Below, piece after piece: positions 23,612 to 33,752 of a DNA stretch of 44,285 nucleotides. Each line of letters begins with the position of its first letter. The stretch's first letter is position 1. Origin of the DNA: a virus (Duplodnaviria; Caudoviricetes). The position numbers were made by a program, and so were the translations under genes. The notes beneath the pieces are model-generated. The model was given only the letters and a program-made list of their open reading frames with translations. It searched no databases and had not been told where the DNA came from. The stretch lies in IMG/VR virus record IMGVR_UViG_3300014656_000044, positions 1 to 44,285 of that record. One strand, written 5' to 3'.

Positions 23612-24052
23612 TTATTTCGTCTTTAGCGCGTAAGCACTTGACCCGGCCCGACCAAGCCCTGAAAGGAATGTCCCTGCCGCAGCGGTTCTTCCAGCCTTGT
23701 AAACCTGCCGGCCCATGAATTGCTGTTGTCTACTTGTTTCTATTCCACCCCTCCGGATAGCCGTTGCCTCTTCCTCGCCTTCTTCCGCTGTTTCAGCCAA
23801 TACCACCAATGGGCTACCAGATTCGACATCGACCCCGGCTTTTGCATATAGGGCTCTCTGGGTTGACATCAAGTTCTTCAGCCTTTTCCTGTGAGCCGCT
23901 TCCTTCTGGTCGGCCTCACGTTGGACAAGTAATGCCTTTTCGTCTAAGGCTTGCTTTTCTTTCTTTGCGGCTGCCGCTTGCCCTGTAACGGCCACCGCTG
24001 TTCCTCCCAGACCTACTGCTAGTGCTGCCCATCCTAATGCGACTGCTGACAT
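23612..24052 (-). CDS. Small internal virion protein (T7 gp14-like)
   Basis: Ala/Gly-rich N-terminus; QRALYAKAGV..SGSPL. Confidence 0.75.
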   Translation of the reverse strand: MSAVALGWAALAVGLGGTAVAVTGQAAAAKKEKQALDEKALLVQREADQKEAAHRKRLKNLMSTQRALYAKAGVDVESGSPLVVLAETAEEGEEEATAIRRGGIETSRQQQFMGRQVYKAGRTAAAGTFLSGLGRAGSSAYALKTK

Positions 24053-24120
24053 TATATCGCCCTCCCGTACATACAGAGGTCCTCTCCGTTCATGTTGTGG
24101 TTGGCGGTAACAATAAACAT
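24052..24120 (-). pseudogene. 22-codon remnant resembling a GNAT C-terminus
   Basis: NGEDLCMYGR versus NCEDLLMFSR in the upstream gene. Confidence 0.35.
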
Positions 24121-24121
24121 C

Positions 24122-24571
24122 CTACATCACTCGACTAAACATTAATAAATCCTCACAATTCGGTCCATATTTTCGCAAAACCCCCTCACACTGAAATCCG
24201 AGATGTTCCAGAAATGTTCCAGCTTTGTAGTGATCAGGGTTTGATATTGCCTGGACTCGCCTCAGTTTTTCAACTTTAATTGTATTGTTCAAAAATCGTT
24301 TAACACTACTATAGACCGTCTTGGGATACTTGGCGAAAAGTGGTGACATCAACATCCAGGCTTCTCCCCGTTGATATCCCAGGAGTACGACACCACCACA
24401 ACAGATGATATCTCCGTCAATGACAACCGTGCTTGCAGGTCCCCGATCATACCAAGCATCTATAGCTGATTCCCAATTCTGGGTGGATAGCCACAAATCC
24501 TCTTCCCGGACCTTCCTATCGAGGATGTCATAGGCATGGAGCTTTTCAAATTTCACTATTTCAATCTTCAC
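24122..24571 (-). CDS. GNAT-fold acetyltransferase-like protein (T7 gp13 position)
   Basis: GEAW, LRRVQA, FLEHLGFQCEGVLRKYG. Confidence 0.8.
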   Translation of the reverse strand: MKIEIVKFEKLHAYDILDRKVREEDLWLSTQNWESAIDAWYDRGPASTVVIDGDIICCGGVVLLGYQRGEAWMLMSPLFAKYPKTVYSSVKRFLNNTIKVEKLRRVQAISNPDHYKAGTFLEHLGFQCEGVLRKYGPNCEDLLMFSRVM

Positions 24572-27500
24572 TCAATGTCACCCACGGAATAATCCCCAAA
24601 ATAGTCATTGGCAATGGCTGTTCCTGGACAATGGATATCGTCGCCTCGTCCTCAAAATCCCATTGCAACCCATCGACTTTTATCTGATCCGTCAATAGTT
24701 CACCCGATGTAAAATCGGCAAAAGATTGTAAATCATCCCGGGTAGGGCCATACTGAATCCCATCCCCCGTTTCAAAAAAACTGACGAATAGTTTATAGAT
24801 TCTCTGCTTCTTGCCCCTGGCCGGCCCAAGTTCGGACCCGGCATTTATTTTCATTGGCTCGACAATAGACGTATAAGGCAAACCCACATGGATCTTATTT
24901 GCGTACACCTCTATGCTTACCCCGCTGTTTGCAACGAGTTCATTATCCTGAACAACCCCATCGGAAAGGATCGCCACCGTTTTTCCCGATAGGTGCCCGA
25001 GGCCCACGAGGTCATTTGTGCATTTATAGGTCGTGCCTCCACTGGTATAGGCTGAATAGCCCGATGAGTCCACGCCTGCAAGCGCAAACTGCGTGGCCGA
25101 TGAAAGTGTGACGGTGTAGATATCATCCGTTCCGATATTGATCTCTGTCATTCCGGACACATCATATACCCGCACCTCGTCACCATCCTCAAAGCCATGG
25201 CCTGATGCCGACACAACGGCAGGACTCGCGCCGGATATTCCGGTGATCGCAACCGGGGTCCCCCCATCCCAGGTAAGCCCCGAATGTAAGAAAAAGGCGT
25301 CTTCGATTTTGCTAAAAAATTCAATAGGTTTAAAATACTCGACATATCGCTTTGTCGATCCATCAATGGTCCGGTTGGCTATTACCCAAACCCTATCTTC
25401 ATTATCTTCCTGATGGTTAACGGCAACGCTCTCAAACTCACCATCCGTTTTAATTCTAAACCAACTGTAAATCTCTTCCTGATTTTCGTAGGTCATTCCA
25501 AGGAGTTGTCCGTCTGCCCTGATAGCCCATAGGATAGGCAGGGGTTCCTGCTGAAATGCGAGTTGAGCAATACCTGACCGCAGCCTTGTCGAACCATAGG
25601 TGATATGCTTGGCGATCCTCGTAACATCTGGAGATACAAACTTATCGGTAGCATAGGCAAACTCGCTCTGCTTTAATTGCCGTACACTCGTACCGGCCCG
25701 AGTGACCCACAGGATAGAATCAGTCACCACTTCCGGCTCGATATCCTTTACCCCTAGACTGATCTGCTTTCTTGCCAGGATATTGGTGGGAGTGATTGGA
25801 TCATCAATAGTTGTTGCCCCAAGTCTCCATATGCCTCCAACGGTTCCCATCAACAAATAATCCTGACCCAACATCCATAGAACCCTGTCTATCTGACCGG
25901 ATGCGATGGTATATTGTATGGCGTCATCATCTGACACTCCGCCAGTAAATTCGTCATAATCCCCTGACTCGCTCAAGTTAACCTGCTGTGGATTATTGTT
26001 TGAGCCTCCTATTGCAAGACGTTGTTCAAAGAACGCCCCGCATGATGGTCTATTATCTTCCGTTCCGTATATCTGTTCCTGGGCATACCCGAACCCGGCG
26101 AACGTGCTGTAATTCGTTGAGTTGATTCCTTCCAATTCAAATGTTTTAGCGCCGGTGTCAACACTGTCAATATCAAAGAATTTATTACTGACTTCCGGCA
26201 TCGTGGTAGTCCCTGAGATATAAACAATCTCCCCATCCTCAAGGGTTGTTGGAACAGCTGCGCACGTCACGACTGCCGGATTCGCATTGCTGATCCCAGT
26301 TATCGTCAGGAGAGTCCCGGCGTTGGTTTTCATATCTGCCAGGGTCCATGAATAATGACTGCTTCTAGTCAGGGTCTTTGGTGGGTAGCTGGGATGGAAG
26401 ATATAAAGCCGGTCTGCACTTTGAGCGGTCTTGAGATCCATGACGTTTTCAGCGGTATACGGTGTCACAACTTCAAGCGTTGCATCACCGCCGCCTGTCA
26501 GGGTTCCGCTATCTGTGAAGGGGTATGCCTGAGTAGGGGGAGTGAAGTTGGAAGTCCAGCGGGTAACTCCGCTTGTCAACCTGTACTCATCGAGCCACCC
26601 GTTCAGGTCCATTGAATCAAGGTGAAGCAATAACTTGGTATCTGAATCCGAAGTATACGCCGAAGTTGGCACGGTGTAGGTATCTGTTACCCCTGAACTG
26701 GGGGCAAGGCTAAATGGGTTGCCTTGAACGATACGAATTTCATCTTTATATCCTGAGAATAGGTTGGCTGGTACATCCTGTTGTTGCCTTGCGCCTATAA
26801 CCAATGGGCCGGCAAAAGTATCGGTAGTGTTGTCACTCAGGTAATCGGTTTGGCTACCATCCTTATATACCCCGTACACAACCCCAAGCCGGTAAACCAT
26901 TACATGATGCCAGTCAGTGTCCGTTATCTCCCCTGCAAAACCCGTATCAAGCGAACCGGCTCCATTTGCAAACCGTAACCCGCTGCCGTGAACGTGTTGA
27001 AAAAACCAACGATTGTTTGCGTCCTCTGCTTGCCCTATAAGATTTTCCGTTCCAGCATGATCCGTAAATTTAACCCATAGATCAACGGTCCATTCAGTCA
27101 CCCCGCTGCCAATCACATCCCAGACATTGCTATCCGGGAGATATAAATAATCGGAATCACCGTCAAACCAAGCCGCGCCATCAAAATACCCTTCCGTTGT
27201 GACACCTGCTGTTGCGATAAAGTTAACTCCATGCCTAGACACCCCGGAATCCGGTGCGATGGTAGTTCCTGAACTTCCGATAAGCACAGTGGAGGTGAAA
27301 TCCGGTATATCAGCGGATGACGTAAATGTTCCCTGGGCGAACCCGTCAACCGTGACAGCCCACGCCGTTGTTACCCCGCCCCATCCCCGGATGAGAGCGA
27401 TGTGATATCCGGTATCCGCTACTGGCGACCATGATATCGATTCATCGATAGTTGTTGCCCCGCTTTCAGTGACGAGAAAGTTTATCTTGCTCAGTCCTAG

Positions 27501-28178
27501 ATCGACATAGAACAGGACGAAACTACTGGCGGCGGATGTCTGGGCATATAAGGAATGCAGTCCTGATATAGTCGGGAACCTGACGTATGTTTCCAGGACG
27601 ATGTAATCATTAGAGAAATCAAAATCTGATGAGTCCGCTATTTCCAGGTAATCGCCATCACCGTCAAACAGCCCCGACCCGGACCCGAACTTCTTCCAGG
27701 CCGTGTCAACCTCAACATTCCCAACTTTATCAAGTGTATGGTTATTGGTGCTGTCATCGAAAAATGATGTGCTCTCATCCGTGCCATCAAAGTGTATCAT
27801 GAGCATCGTGTAATCGTCTGCTCCCCTGATCTGTCCATCGTCCTTGTAAAACCGGAAATATTTATCACCGGCTTCGATAACATATGATTGAATGGTGGAA
27901 AACTCGAAGGGGATTAATCTGGATTGAAGGCTTGAATCTTTGGTTTCAAGGACGAAGTAGGTGCCGGGGGCCCTGGATGTAGCGCCCTCGACAAGCGGGA
28001 TCATGTTTTCAAGGGTACGGCACCCGCTGAAGTACTTCTCAAGGTCAATTCTAATATCTAGCTTGGGGCTGAGTTCACCAGCGTTAAATGACGAAATAAG
28101 GGGGGTTGCTTTCCCGGCATCCGCATAAACAGGCCATGCCAAAACTACAGCAATTATCAGTCTGAAAATAAATGTCAT
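24561..28178 (-). CDS. Tail nozzle (tubular protein B) with N-terminal signal peptide and inserted LamG domains
   Basis: SFNAGELSP, RLIPFEFS, FFEQRL, HVGLPY, PLPMTIL; start coupled to the adaptor stop (TAATG). Confidence 0.88.
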   Translation of the reverse strand: MTFIFRLIIAVVLAWPVYADAGKATPLISSFNAGELSPKLDIRIDLEKYFSGCRTLENMIPLVEGATSRAPGTYFVLETKDSSLQSRLIPFEFSTIQSYVIEAGDKYFRFYKDDGQIRGADDYTMLMIHFDGTDESTSFFDDSTNNHTLDKVGNVEVDTAWKKFGSGSGLFDGDGDYLEIADSSDFDFSNDYIVLETYVRFPTISGLHSLYAQTSAASSFVLFYVDLGLSKINFLVTESGATTIDESISWSPVADTGYHIALIRGWGGVTTAWAVTVDGFAQGTFTSSADIPDFTSTVLIGSSGTTIAPDSGVSRHGVNFIATAGVTTEGYFDGAAWFDGDSDYLYLPDSNVWDVIGSGVTEWTVDLWVKFTDHAGTENLIGQAEDANNRWFFQHVHGSGLRFANGAGSLDTGFAGEITDTDWHHVMVYRLGVVYGVYKDGSQTDYLSDNTTDTFAGPLVIGARQQQDVPANLFSGYKDEIRIVQGNPFSLAPSSGVTDTYTVPTSAYTSDSDTKLLLHLDSMDLNGWLDEYRLTSGVTRWTSNFTPPTQAYPFTDSGTLTGGGDATLEVVTPYTAENVMDLKTAQSADRLYIFHPSYPPKTLTRSSHYSWTLADMKTNAGTLLTITGISNANPAVVTCAAVPTTLEDGEIVYISGTTTMPEVSNKFFDIDSVDTGAKTFELEGINSTNYSTFAGFGYAQEQIYGTEDNRPSCGAFFEQRLAIGGSNNNPQQVNLSESGDYDEFTGGVSDDDAIQYTIASGQIDRVLWMLGQDYLLMGTVGGIWRLGATTIDDPITPTNILARKQISLGVKDIEPEVVTDSILWVTRAGTSVRQLKQSEFAYATDKFVSPDVTRIAKHITYGSTRLRSGIAQLAFQQEPLPILWAIRADGQLLGMTYENQEEIYSWFRIKTDGEFESVAVNHQEDNEDRVWVIANRTIDGSTKRYVEYFKPIEFFSKIEDAFFLHSGLTWDGGTPVAITGISGASPAVVSASGHGFEDGDEVRVYDVSGMTEINIGTDDIYTVTLSSATQFALAGVDSSGYSAYTSGGTTYKCTNDLVGLGHLSGKTVAILSDGVVQDNELVANSGVSIEVYANKIHVGLPYTSIVEPMKINAGSELGPARGKKQRIYKLFVSFFETGDGIQYGPTRDDLQSFADFTSGELLTDQIKVDGLQWDFEDEATISIVQEQPLPMTILGIIPWVTLSED

Positions 28179-29176
28179 TACCACCTTCCCGCTCGTTCCC
28201 ACTCATTACCATCTGCTTCATCTTCAACATAATCCGAACTTTGGTTCAGGTCCTTCGCTCGACTCAAGGCCCAGTCATACAATGACATCATTGAATCGAG
28301 CTTGCCCTTTGCCTCGGTATGGAATAACGATAGATCAGCGGCCAGTCGGAAGGCAATCGTGGAAGCAAAGTGGGCGGTCCATTTCGTAACATCCGTTTCT
28401 TCCCTGATGTAGATCAATTGAAGTGGATAGTCGTCATTGTCATAATCGGTCAGCAGGACCAGGGTTCCGTCCGGTAGCGCCTCCATAACGTAGACATATT
28501 TTGTATGTCTGATTCTGATTTGGCCATCGAAAATACTGGCATACGCCCCTGTCGGATCAACCGGCCTGTCAATTCGGGTCCTGGTGGCAATCTTCAGGAA
28601 GTCTGAAGGGAGCAGATAGGCATAGTCGAAATCTTCAGCTGGGCAGGAAATCATAGCAACTTCGTCAAGATCAACCCCGTTCGTGGGAGGGCCATCGGTA
28701 TAAGTGGCATTTGCCGAAACGGTCCAGGAGGCAACAGATACCGAGTTTACTGTCGTCAATGCCCTGAGTGCTACCTGAATAAGTGTGGCGGTATTCTTCG
28801 CTGCGGTCGTTGAGGCGAGTTTGATCTGGATGTTTTGGCTATCGCTGGAATCAACCGCTACCGATAGGGCATCTGAACTATTCGTGGTGATCTCGATTGA
28901 AATGTCTTCGGTTCCTGACAGCCACTTGTCGGCTATGACATAGAGATGCTTGCCGTCATTACAATTTAGATCCACCCTCGGCGGAGCCTTAGACAATGTT
29001 CTCCTGGTCTTCGCAAAACGCCAATCATCGGCCTCAAGCACTTCATTTACAACATACTCCCAACTCAAAACAGCCGCGTTTACTTCGGCCGTATCATCGG
29101 TAATATTCTCAAGTCGTTTCGCACCTATCCGTTGTCGGGCAAGGTTTATGATTTCGAGCTGGGTAAATGAAGCCAT
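28178..29176 (-). CDS. Tail adaptor (tubular protein A) with internal insertion
   Basis: IINLAR.RIG, WRFAK.R..L, YAYLLPSDFL, IAFRLA. Confidence 0.8.
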   Translation of the reverse strand: MASFTQLEIINLARQRIGAKRLENITDDTAEVNAAVLSWEYVVNEVLEADDWRFAKTRRTLSKAPPRVDLNCNDGKHLYVIADKWLSGTEDISIEITTNSSDALSVAVDSSDSQNIQIKLASTTAAKNTATLIQVALRALTTVNSVSVASWTVSANATYTDGPPTNGVDLDEVAMISCPAEDFDYAYLLPSDFLKIATRTRIDRPVDPTGAYASIFDGQIRIRHTKYVYVMEALPDGTLVLLTDYDNDDYPLQLIYIREETDVTKWTAHFASTIAFRLAADLSLFHTEAKGKLDSMMSLYDWALSRAKDLNQSSDYVEDEADGNEWERAGRW

Positions 29177-29199
29177 TTACTACCTCAAGCTGATGGTTT

Positions 29200-29241
29200 G
29201 GAGCGGCCCAAGGGGAAAGGAGGAAAGCCCCGGGCCGCCCC
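29200..29241 (-). other. GC-rich hairpin with CTTTCCTCCTTT loop between head and tail genes
   Basis: GCGGCCC-GGGG / CCCC-GGGCCGC stem; no U tail. Confidence 0.55.
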
Positions 29242-29256
29242 GTTAGAAGTGGTGCG

Positions 29257-29757
29257 TTAAGCCCCTGGGAGCTGCGGCTTATTAACGAGAACCACCTCAT
29301 CCCGTGGCTGAGGCGGTGGCGGCCCAGCCGGATCAAGCAGAATGAAATGAAGGAGTTTTCCCTTTTTATCCATCGGATATTCGCCCTTGGCGAACCAGGC
29401 CCTGCGACCGACTTTGTATAGAACACTGCGATGAAAGCATTTGACCGTGCAGACATATTCCTTTCGTTTCGCGGCCTTATTTGATCTCACCATGGCATTC
29501 CGTGATTCCACATCCGGGACAAGGATATCATCCAACTCCTTGACCTTATCCTTAAAGTCAGCCTCTTTAATGGCAAGAGCTTCATCACGTTTTGACAGGG
29601 CCTCCACCGTGCCGGCTTTTTCATTTTCAAAGGCTTGGATCTTCGCCTCAAGTTCAGCCTTTTCAACCTCAACGGCTTTCCGTTCGGCTTCTAATGCCTT
29701 TCGATCTTTTGCGGCTTGCGTTCTTCCGTCTTCATCTGGCATGACTATTTCCTCCAT
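29257..29757 (-). CDS. Coiled-coil hypothetical protein
   Basis: E/K/A-rich 166-aa ORF after the cement gene. Confidence 0.7.
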   Translation of the reverse strand: MEEIVMPDEDGRTQAAKDRKALEAERKAVEVEKAELEAKIQAFENEKAGTVEALSKRDEALAIKEADFKDKVKELDDILVPDVESRNAMVRSNKAAKRKEYVCTVKCFHRSVLYKVGRRAWFAKGEYPMDKKGKLLHFILLDPAGPPPPQPRDEVVLVNKPQLPGA

Positions 29758-29817
29758 TTACCTATTTTGGTTAGTGTACCCCTAGGAAACACCTCGGGGT
29801 ACACATTGGTTTACGGT

Positions 29818-30219
29818 TTATACTGGGAGCTGAATGATAGACGCGGCATATACTCCGGTAATCTCATCGCCGGTCACCAACTGCCAGTAAATCCTGACAT
29901 ATCGCAGGACCGTTACACCCCTGGGGAACGGAAACACGAACTCCGCCCCGGCCACGATATTAGCTATCGGCATCCTGTACCTGGCTAAAAATGCGTCATT
30001 GGTCGTTGGTTCGCTGATTTTATGAACCAATTCAACATCAATCCCTGTAGTTCCGGCACCGGGGGCTGTCATCACATTCACAATGACCGCCGCCGGTAGC
30101 CCAAGGTCTATTCTCGGGTTGGTCAACTCAGTATCGATGTAGTAGGTGCTATCCGCATCGGCGGCAACTGATTGGCCTGTCATAACGGTTAAAGCCCATG
30201 CAAAATCTCTGTATCCCAT
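29818..30219 (-). CDS. Capsid cement/decoration protein (Bbp16-like)
   Basis: STYYID, LRYVRIY; follows the MCP. Confidence 0.7.
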   Translation of the reverse strand: MGYRDFAWALTVMTGQSVAADADSTYYIDTELTNPRIDLGLPAAVIVNVMTAPGAGTTGIDVELVHKISEPTTNDAFLARYRMPIANIVAGAEFVFPFPRGVTVLRYVRIYWQLVTGDEITGVYAASIIQLPV

Positions 30220-30250
30220 AATCAAGTCCTCCGTATTATTTCACCGCCTG

Positions 30251-31258
30251 TTAAATGGCGGTTTCGGTATTTGTTAAAGCATCACAGATGTTGACGATGA
30301 TTCCCCTGAACCTGAGAACGGGTTTCCCAAAGGCAGTGTCCATGGTGTAGTTAACGTTGTTTTTATCCTTCACCTTGATATCCATTTGGGTCCGGACAGT
30401 CCTGTTGACATAAATCCGGGTGCTTGGATCTTCGCCCATCCTCGGCAGCCTGTTACACATGGTTAGAAGGTCATTGTCATCGAAGGTATTGGATGCGCCG
30501 GCCGATTCGATATTGGCGATCCTCTGGACACATCTTTCATCCTGGACAAACAACCCCAGACGCCACTTGAACTGAGTAACCCAAGCTACGTAATTGTACC
30601 CGGCCCCTGAATACCCTTGAACCAGCTGCTTCCCAAGTTCATTGATCTCGATTCCGGCCTGGGTGCCCTTCGGATAGATGAAGTGGCATTTTTCAGGCCC
30701 CCATTCAACAACGATGATGGAACAGGTATCCGAACCACTTCCGCCACCATCCAAAACATTGTAATACCAAGTCGAGTCTCCGTTCGGGTAGGTGGTGGTT
30801 GAATTGAAAAGGGTATTGAACCCGTTAAACCCCAAGGCGTCATCACCGATTGATCCATAAATGACCTCTTCCTGGACCGCCTGAGACATGGCCTCGATAT
30901 ATTTCGAGTCCTTCCGTTGCCTGATGGCTTCAGCACTCGGGCCGCCAAGCCTTAGAAGTTCCTCATCAACCCGGCTGAATGTCTCGAACAGGGACATAGG
31001 GAAGGTGATCTGTGCCTCTTTGTGGGCCGAATAGATCACACCATCATTGATAGCCCTTTTCCCTATTGTCGGTAGTGAGACATCCCTGGTACCGATATGG
31101 GACAGGGCTTGGTTGGCCTCCATTATGGGTCCATCCTGAAGCATCGGAACCGTCCGCGCCAGCGTATCGCCGACAAACAGCAATCGCTCGTTGCTCGGGT
31201 CCATATAATTCAGGAGATCTACTAAGGTGTAAACAGTACCTATATTTCTTTCTGTCAT
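30251..31258 (-). CDS. Major capsid protein (BPP-1-like)
   Basis: RAINDGV, IEAMSQ, FKWRLGLFVQDERCVQRIANI, FRGI..CDAL.NTE. Confidence 0.9.
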   Translation of the reverse strand: MTERNIGTVYTLVDLLNYMDPSNERLLFVGDTLARTVPMLQDGPIMEANQALSHIGTRDVSLPTIGKRAINDGVIYSAHKEAQITFPMSLFETFSRVDEELLRLGGPSAEAIRQRKDSKYIEAMSQAVQEEVIYGSIGDDALGFNGFNTLFNSTTTYPNGDSTWYYNVLDGGGSGSDTCSIIVVEWGPEKCHFIYPKGTQAGIEINELGKQLVQGYSGAGYNYVAWVTQFKWRLGLFVQDERCVQRIANIESAGASNTFDDNDLLTMCNRLPRMGEDPSTRIYVNRTVRTQMDIKVKDKNNVNYTMDTAFGKPVLRFRGIIVNICDALTNTETAI

Positions 31259-31294
31259 GATATAAGTCCTCCGTTAGAAGAACTCACCAAACAA

Positions 31295-32047
31295 TTAAGC
31301 AAAGCTGGGCATACCTTCATAATTCATTCCACGTTCTTTCTTTTCCTCGCCCCCTGGTGATGCCGGAAGGGTGAAGTCTTCACCGAGTGCCGTTCCAATG
31401 ATATGGAAAAGTTTGCTCATAACCGGGTGATCACCGACCTTCTTCCCGCCTACAGTCAGGTTAAGGAATTCAGAAAATCCGGGGAGCTTTTCGCTGAACG
31501 TATCTAGCCCCCGTTTGGTGAGTTCAATATTTTTGTTATAGTCAGCGCCCCAGTCTGTCTTCAGAGCGACATCTGCGTCATTTACTGCCTTCTCGTCGGC
31601 TTCTGCTTGGGCTATTTCCATTTGGCCCATGAGTTCATCCCACGCCCGGGAGATCGTTCCCGCCTGATCCGCTGATAAACCGGCTCCATGGAATATGTTC
31701 TGTGCCCATGAAACCATCGCCGGATCGTGCTTGACCCCTTCAGCTATCGGAAACTCATAGCCCTCCGGTGTATCCGGAATGTTCATGCCCTTGCGGTAGG
31801 CCGCCACTTCTTCGTCTGTTGCTTTCTCACCCGGTTTGAATATCGCGCCTTTCAGCTTGCTTTGAAGGTCATCCCGTTCTGCTCGGATAGCTAATGCAGC
31901 CGGAAAAAACTTACTTACTGCATCATGCTCCTTGGCCCACGGATCTTCCTTGTGCTCGTCTGAAAGTCCCGCTCTCCATCCCAATGATCCACTTGCCTTA
32001 GGATCTTGATCCCCCTCTGGGGTCACTTGATCTTCTGCTTCTACCAT
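31295..32047 (-). CDS. Capsid scaffolding protein
   Basis: PDTPEGYEF, LKTDWGADY, GDHP, LGED; precedes the MCP. Confidence 0.82.
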   Translation of the reverse strand: MVEAEDQVTPEGDQDPKASGSLGWRAGLSDEHKEDPWAKEHDAVSKFFPAALAIRAERDDLQSKLKGAIFKPGEKATDEEVAAYRKGMNIPDTPEGYEFPIAEGVKHDPAMVSWAQNIFHGAGLSADQAGTISRAWDELMGQMEIAQAEADEKAVNDADVALKTDWGADYNKNIELTKRGLDTFSEKLPGFSEFLNLTVGGKKVGDHPVMSKLFHIIGTALGEDFTLPASPGGEEKKERGMNYEGMPSFA

Positions 32048-32079
32048 GATTTAAATACCTCCGTTAGTTGGTTTGGTAT

Positions 32080-32170
32080 GGGCAACAAAAAAGGGAGACA
32101 CGCATGGAAACATGGCCCCATGCGGCTCCCTAATTTGCTGTCCTCTATCTGATCAGGAAAGAGTTAGCCC
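32080..32170 (-). promoter_or_regulatory. Structured leader/terminator upstream of the scaffold gene
   Basis: GGGAG-CGCATGG/CCATGCG-CTCCC followed by T6; outer GGGC(T)AAC/GTTGCCC; CTGATCAG palindrome. Confidence 0.55.
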
Positions 32171-32210
32171 AAATTGTTTTATGTTATCCCCGGTTTCATC
32201 TAGCCCGGTA

Positions 32211-33752
32211 TCATAGCAATCCGTCCCTCACACACGCGCTATAGATTTTAGCGGCTTCTCCCGCCGACACTGTTTGGGATCGTGGAGCCAATACCTTTAT
32301 CTTCCCGGCGAAATAATTTCCCTCGTCTGTAGCCCCTATCAGTAATGGTAAGGGGGTGTCCTGGAGTCCGGAGAAGGCCCCGCCATTTTGAGTACTGGCG
32401 ACCATCATACCGTTGACGTAGATTGTGGCAAGTTTGGTGGTGTTGTCATACGAGCAGATAATTAGCTTTGCTGCGTACTGCGCCCCGTCACTGAATACCG
32501 CCGCATCCGTGCGTCGGTATCGGGATGAACTACCATCCACACTAATGGAAAAATCGATCTTGCCGGAGGTGTCCAATGTAATCATGTACGATCTAAGACC
32601 GGCTGCTCCCCACCGTGCTATGATGGTCTGGTCTGCTGCAGGTTGCCCGTCATCCGGCTGGATCAACAATGCCCAGGCGAAACTCCCCCTGAAATTAAAG
32701 CCGGGCCTGTAAACCTCGATGGTGTAGCCAGAAGCTGCATTCCAAGGGAATCCTGTTCCGATGTAGTTGAACGATTGAGATGCTCCTGTGGTTGTGCCGG
32801 AGAAGCACGTCAGGCCGGTTGCTCCGAGGTTGGTTATCTCTTTGTGCGTTACAGTATCAAACAGTATAGTCGTCCCTGATGCAGCAGCACATATTTGCTG
32901 CAACACCGATATGGTATTATCCGTACCATCACAGGTATAATAAAATGGACCTCTCTGAACCCATGAACCTGTCGCCTCCCTCTGAATACTATCAGGGATA
33001 ATATTTGAAGCTCCTCCAGTATAAATCCAACTCCTATAGGTTGTCTCCGTTCCTTGCTTAACGTACCAGGATATTTTGTATAATTTTCCTACTGTTCTGA
33101 CTGTATTTAGAGATTGGTAAGCATATGGTGTATCCCCGTCTTCCAGTATTTGTAAACAATTTCCAGATTGGCCACCTGCTTCCGATGATAAGATGGCATT
33201 AATAGCTGTCCAACTTGTAGTACCACTATCAAACCCACCGTTCAGGACATTCTCGCTCCCCAAAGTCTCGGCCCCGGCTGAAGCGGCACCCCCGGCATAG
33301 AACATGGCTTTAGTTGCACCGGAACTGTCAGTAAGAACGACCATGCTCCCCGAAGGAATAAGGTCGGGTAAGTCGTAAACATCGGATCGGATTCCGGCTT
33401 CACCACCTAGAATCATGGCTTCAAGCGTGACGCCGGTGAGGTAGAGCAACCGTTCCTGGGAGAACTTATCATCGGTTCCGTCAAATATCCATTCCGTGGC
33501 GTAATCCCCGGCCTGTTTACTTGCGGTAACTTGATTTGAGTGATTGTCCAACCCCAATATATCTAAGACGTTCTCGGTGTCTCCGTTCCCGCCTCTGCTA
33601 TCCCCCTGGTAATACAGCGCCACCCAACCCTCCTGAGACACCCCACCGGACCAATCATAGAAGTTGGTCTGTTCGTGGCCAGCGCCGAACGCAAATGGCA
33701 CCTGGGCGCAGGTCAACAGGCATATCAGTAATGTGATAATGACTTTTCTCAT
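32211..33752 (-). CDS. Signal-peptide protein with CBM-like and LamG-like domains (putative fibre/adhesin)
   Basis: N-terminal signal; LGSENVLNGGF CBM start; C-terminal IYVNG...LLIGA...FAGKI. Confidence 0.7.
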   Translation of the reverse strand: MRKVIITLLICLLTCAQVPFAFGAGHEQTNFYDWSGGVSQEGWVALYYQGDSRGGNGDTENVLDILGLDNHSNQVTASKQAGDYATEWIFDGTDDKFSQERLLYLTGVTLEAMILGGEAGIRSDVYDLPDLIPSGSMVVLTDSSGATKAMFYAGGAASAGAETLGSENVLNGGFDSGTTSWTAINAILSSEAGGQSGNCLQILEDGDTPYAYQSLNTVRTVGKLYKISWYVKQGTETTYRSWIYTGGASNIIPDSIQREATGSWVQRGPFYYTCDGTDNTISVLQQICAAASGTTILFDTVTHKEITNLGATGLTCFSGTTTGASQSFNYIGTGFPWNAASGYTIEVYRPGFNFRGSFAWALLIQPDDGQPAADQTIIARWGAAGLRSYMITLDTSGKIDFSISVDGSSSRYRRTDAAVFSDGAQYAAKLIICSYDNTTKLATIYVNGMMVASTQNGGAFSGLQDTPLPLLIGATDEGNYFAGKIKVLAPRSQTVSAGEAAKIYSACVRDGLL

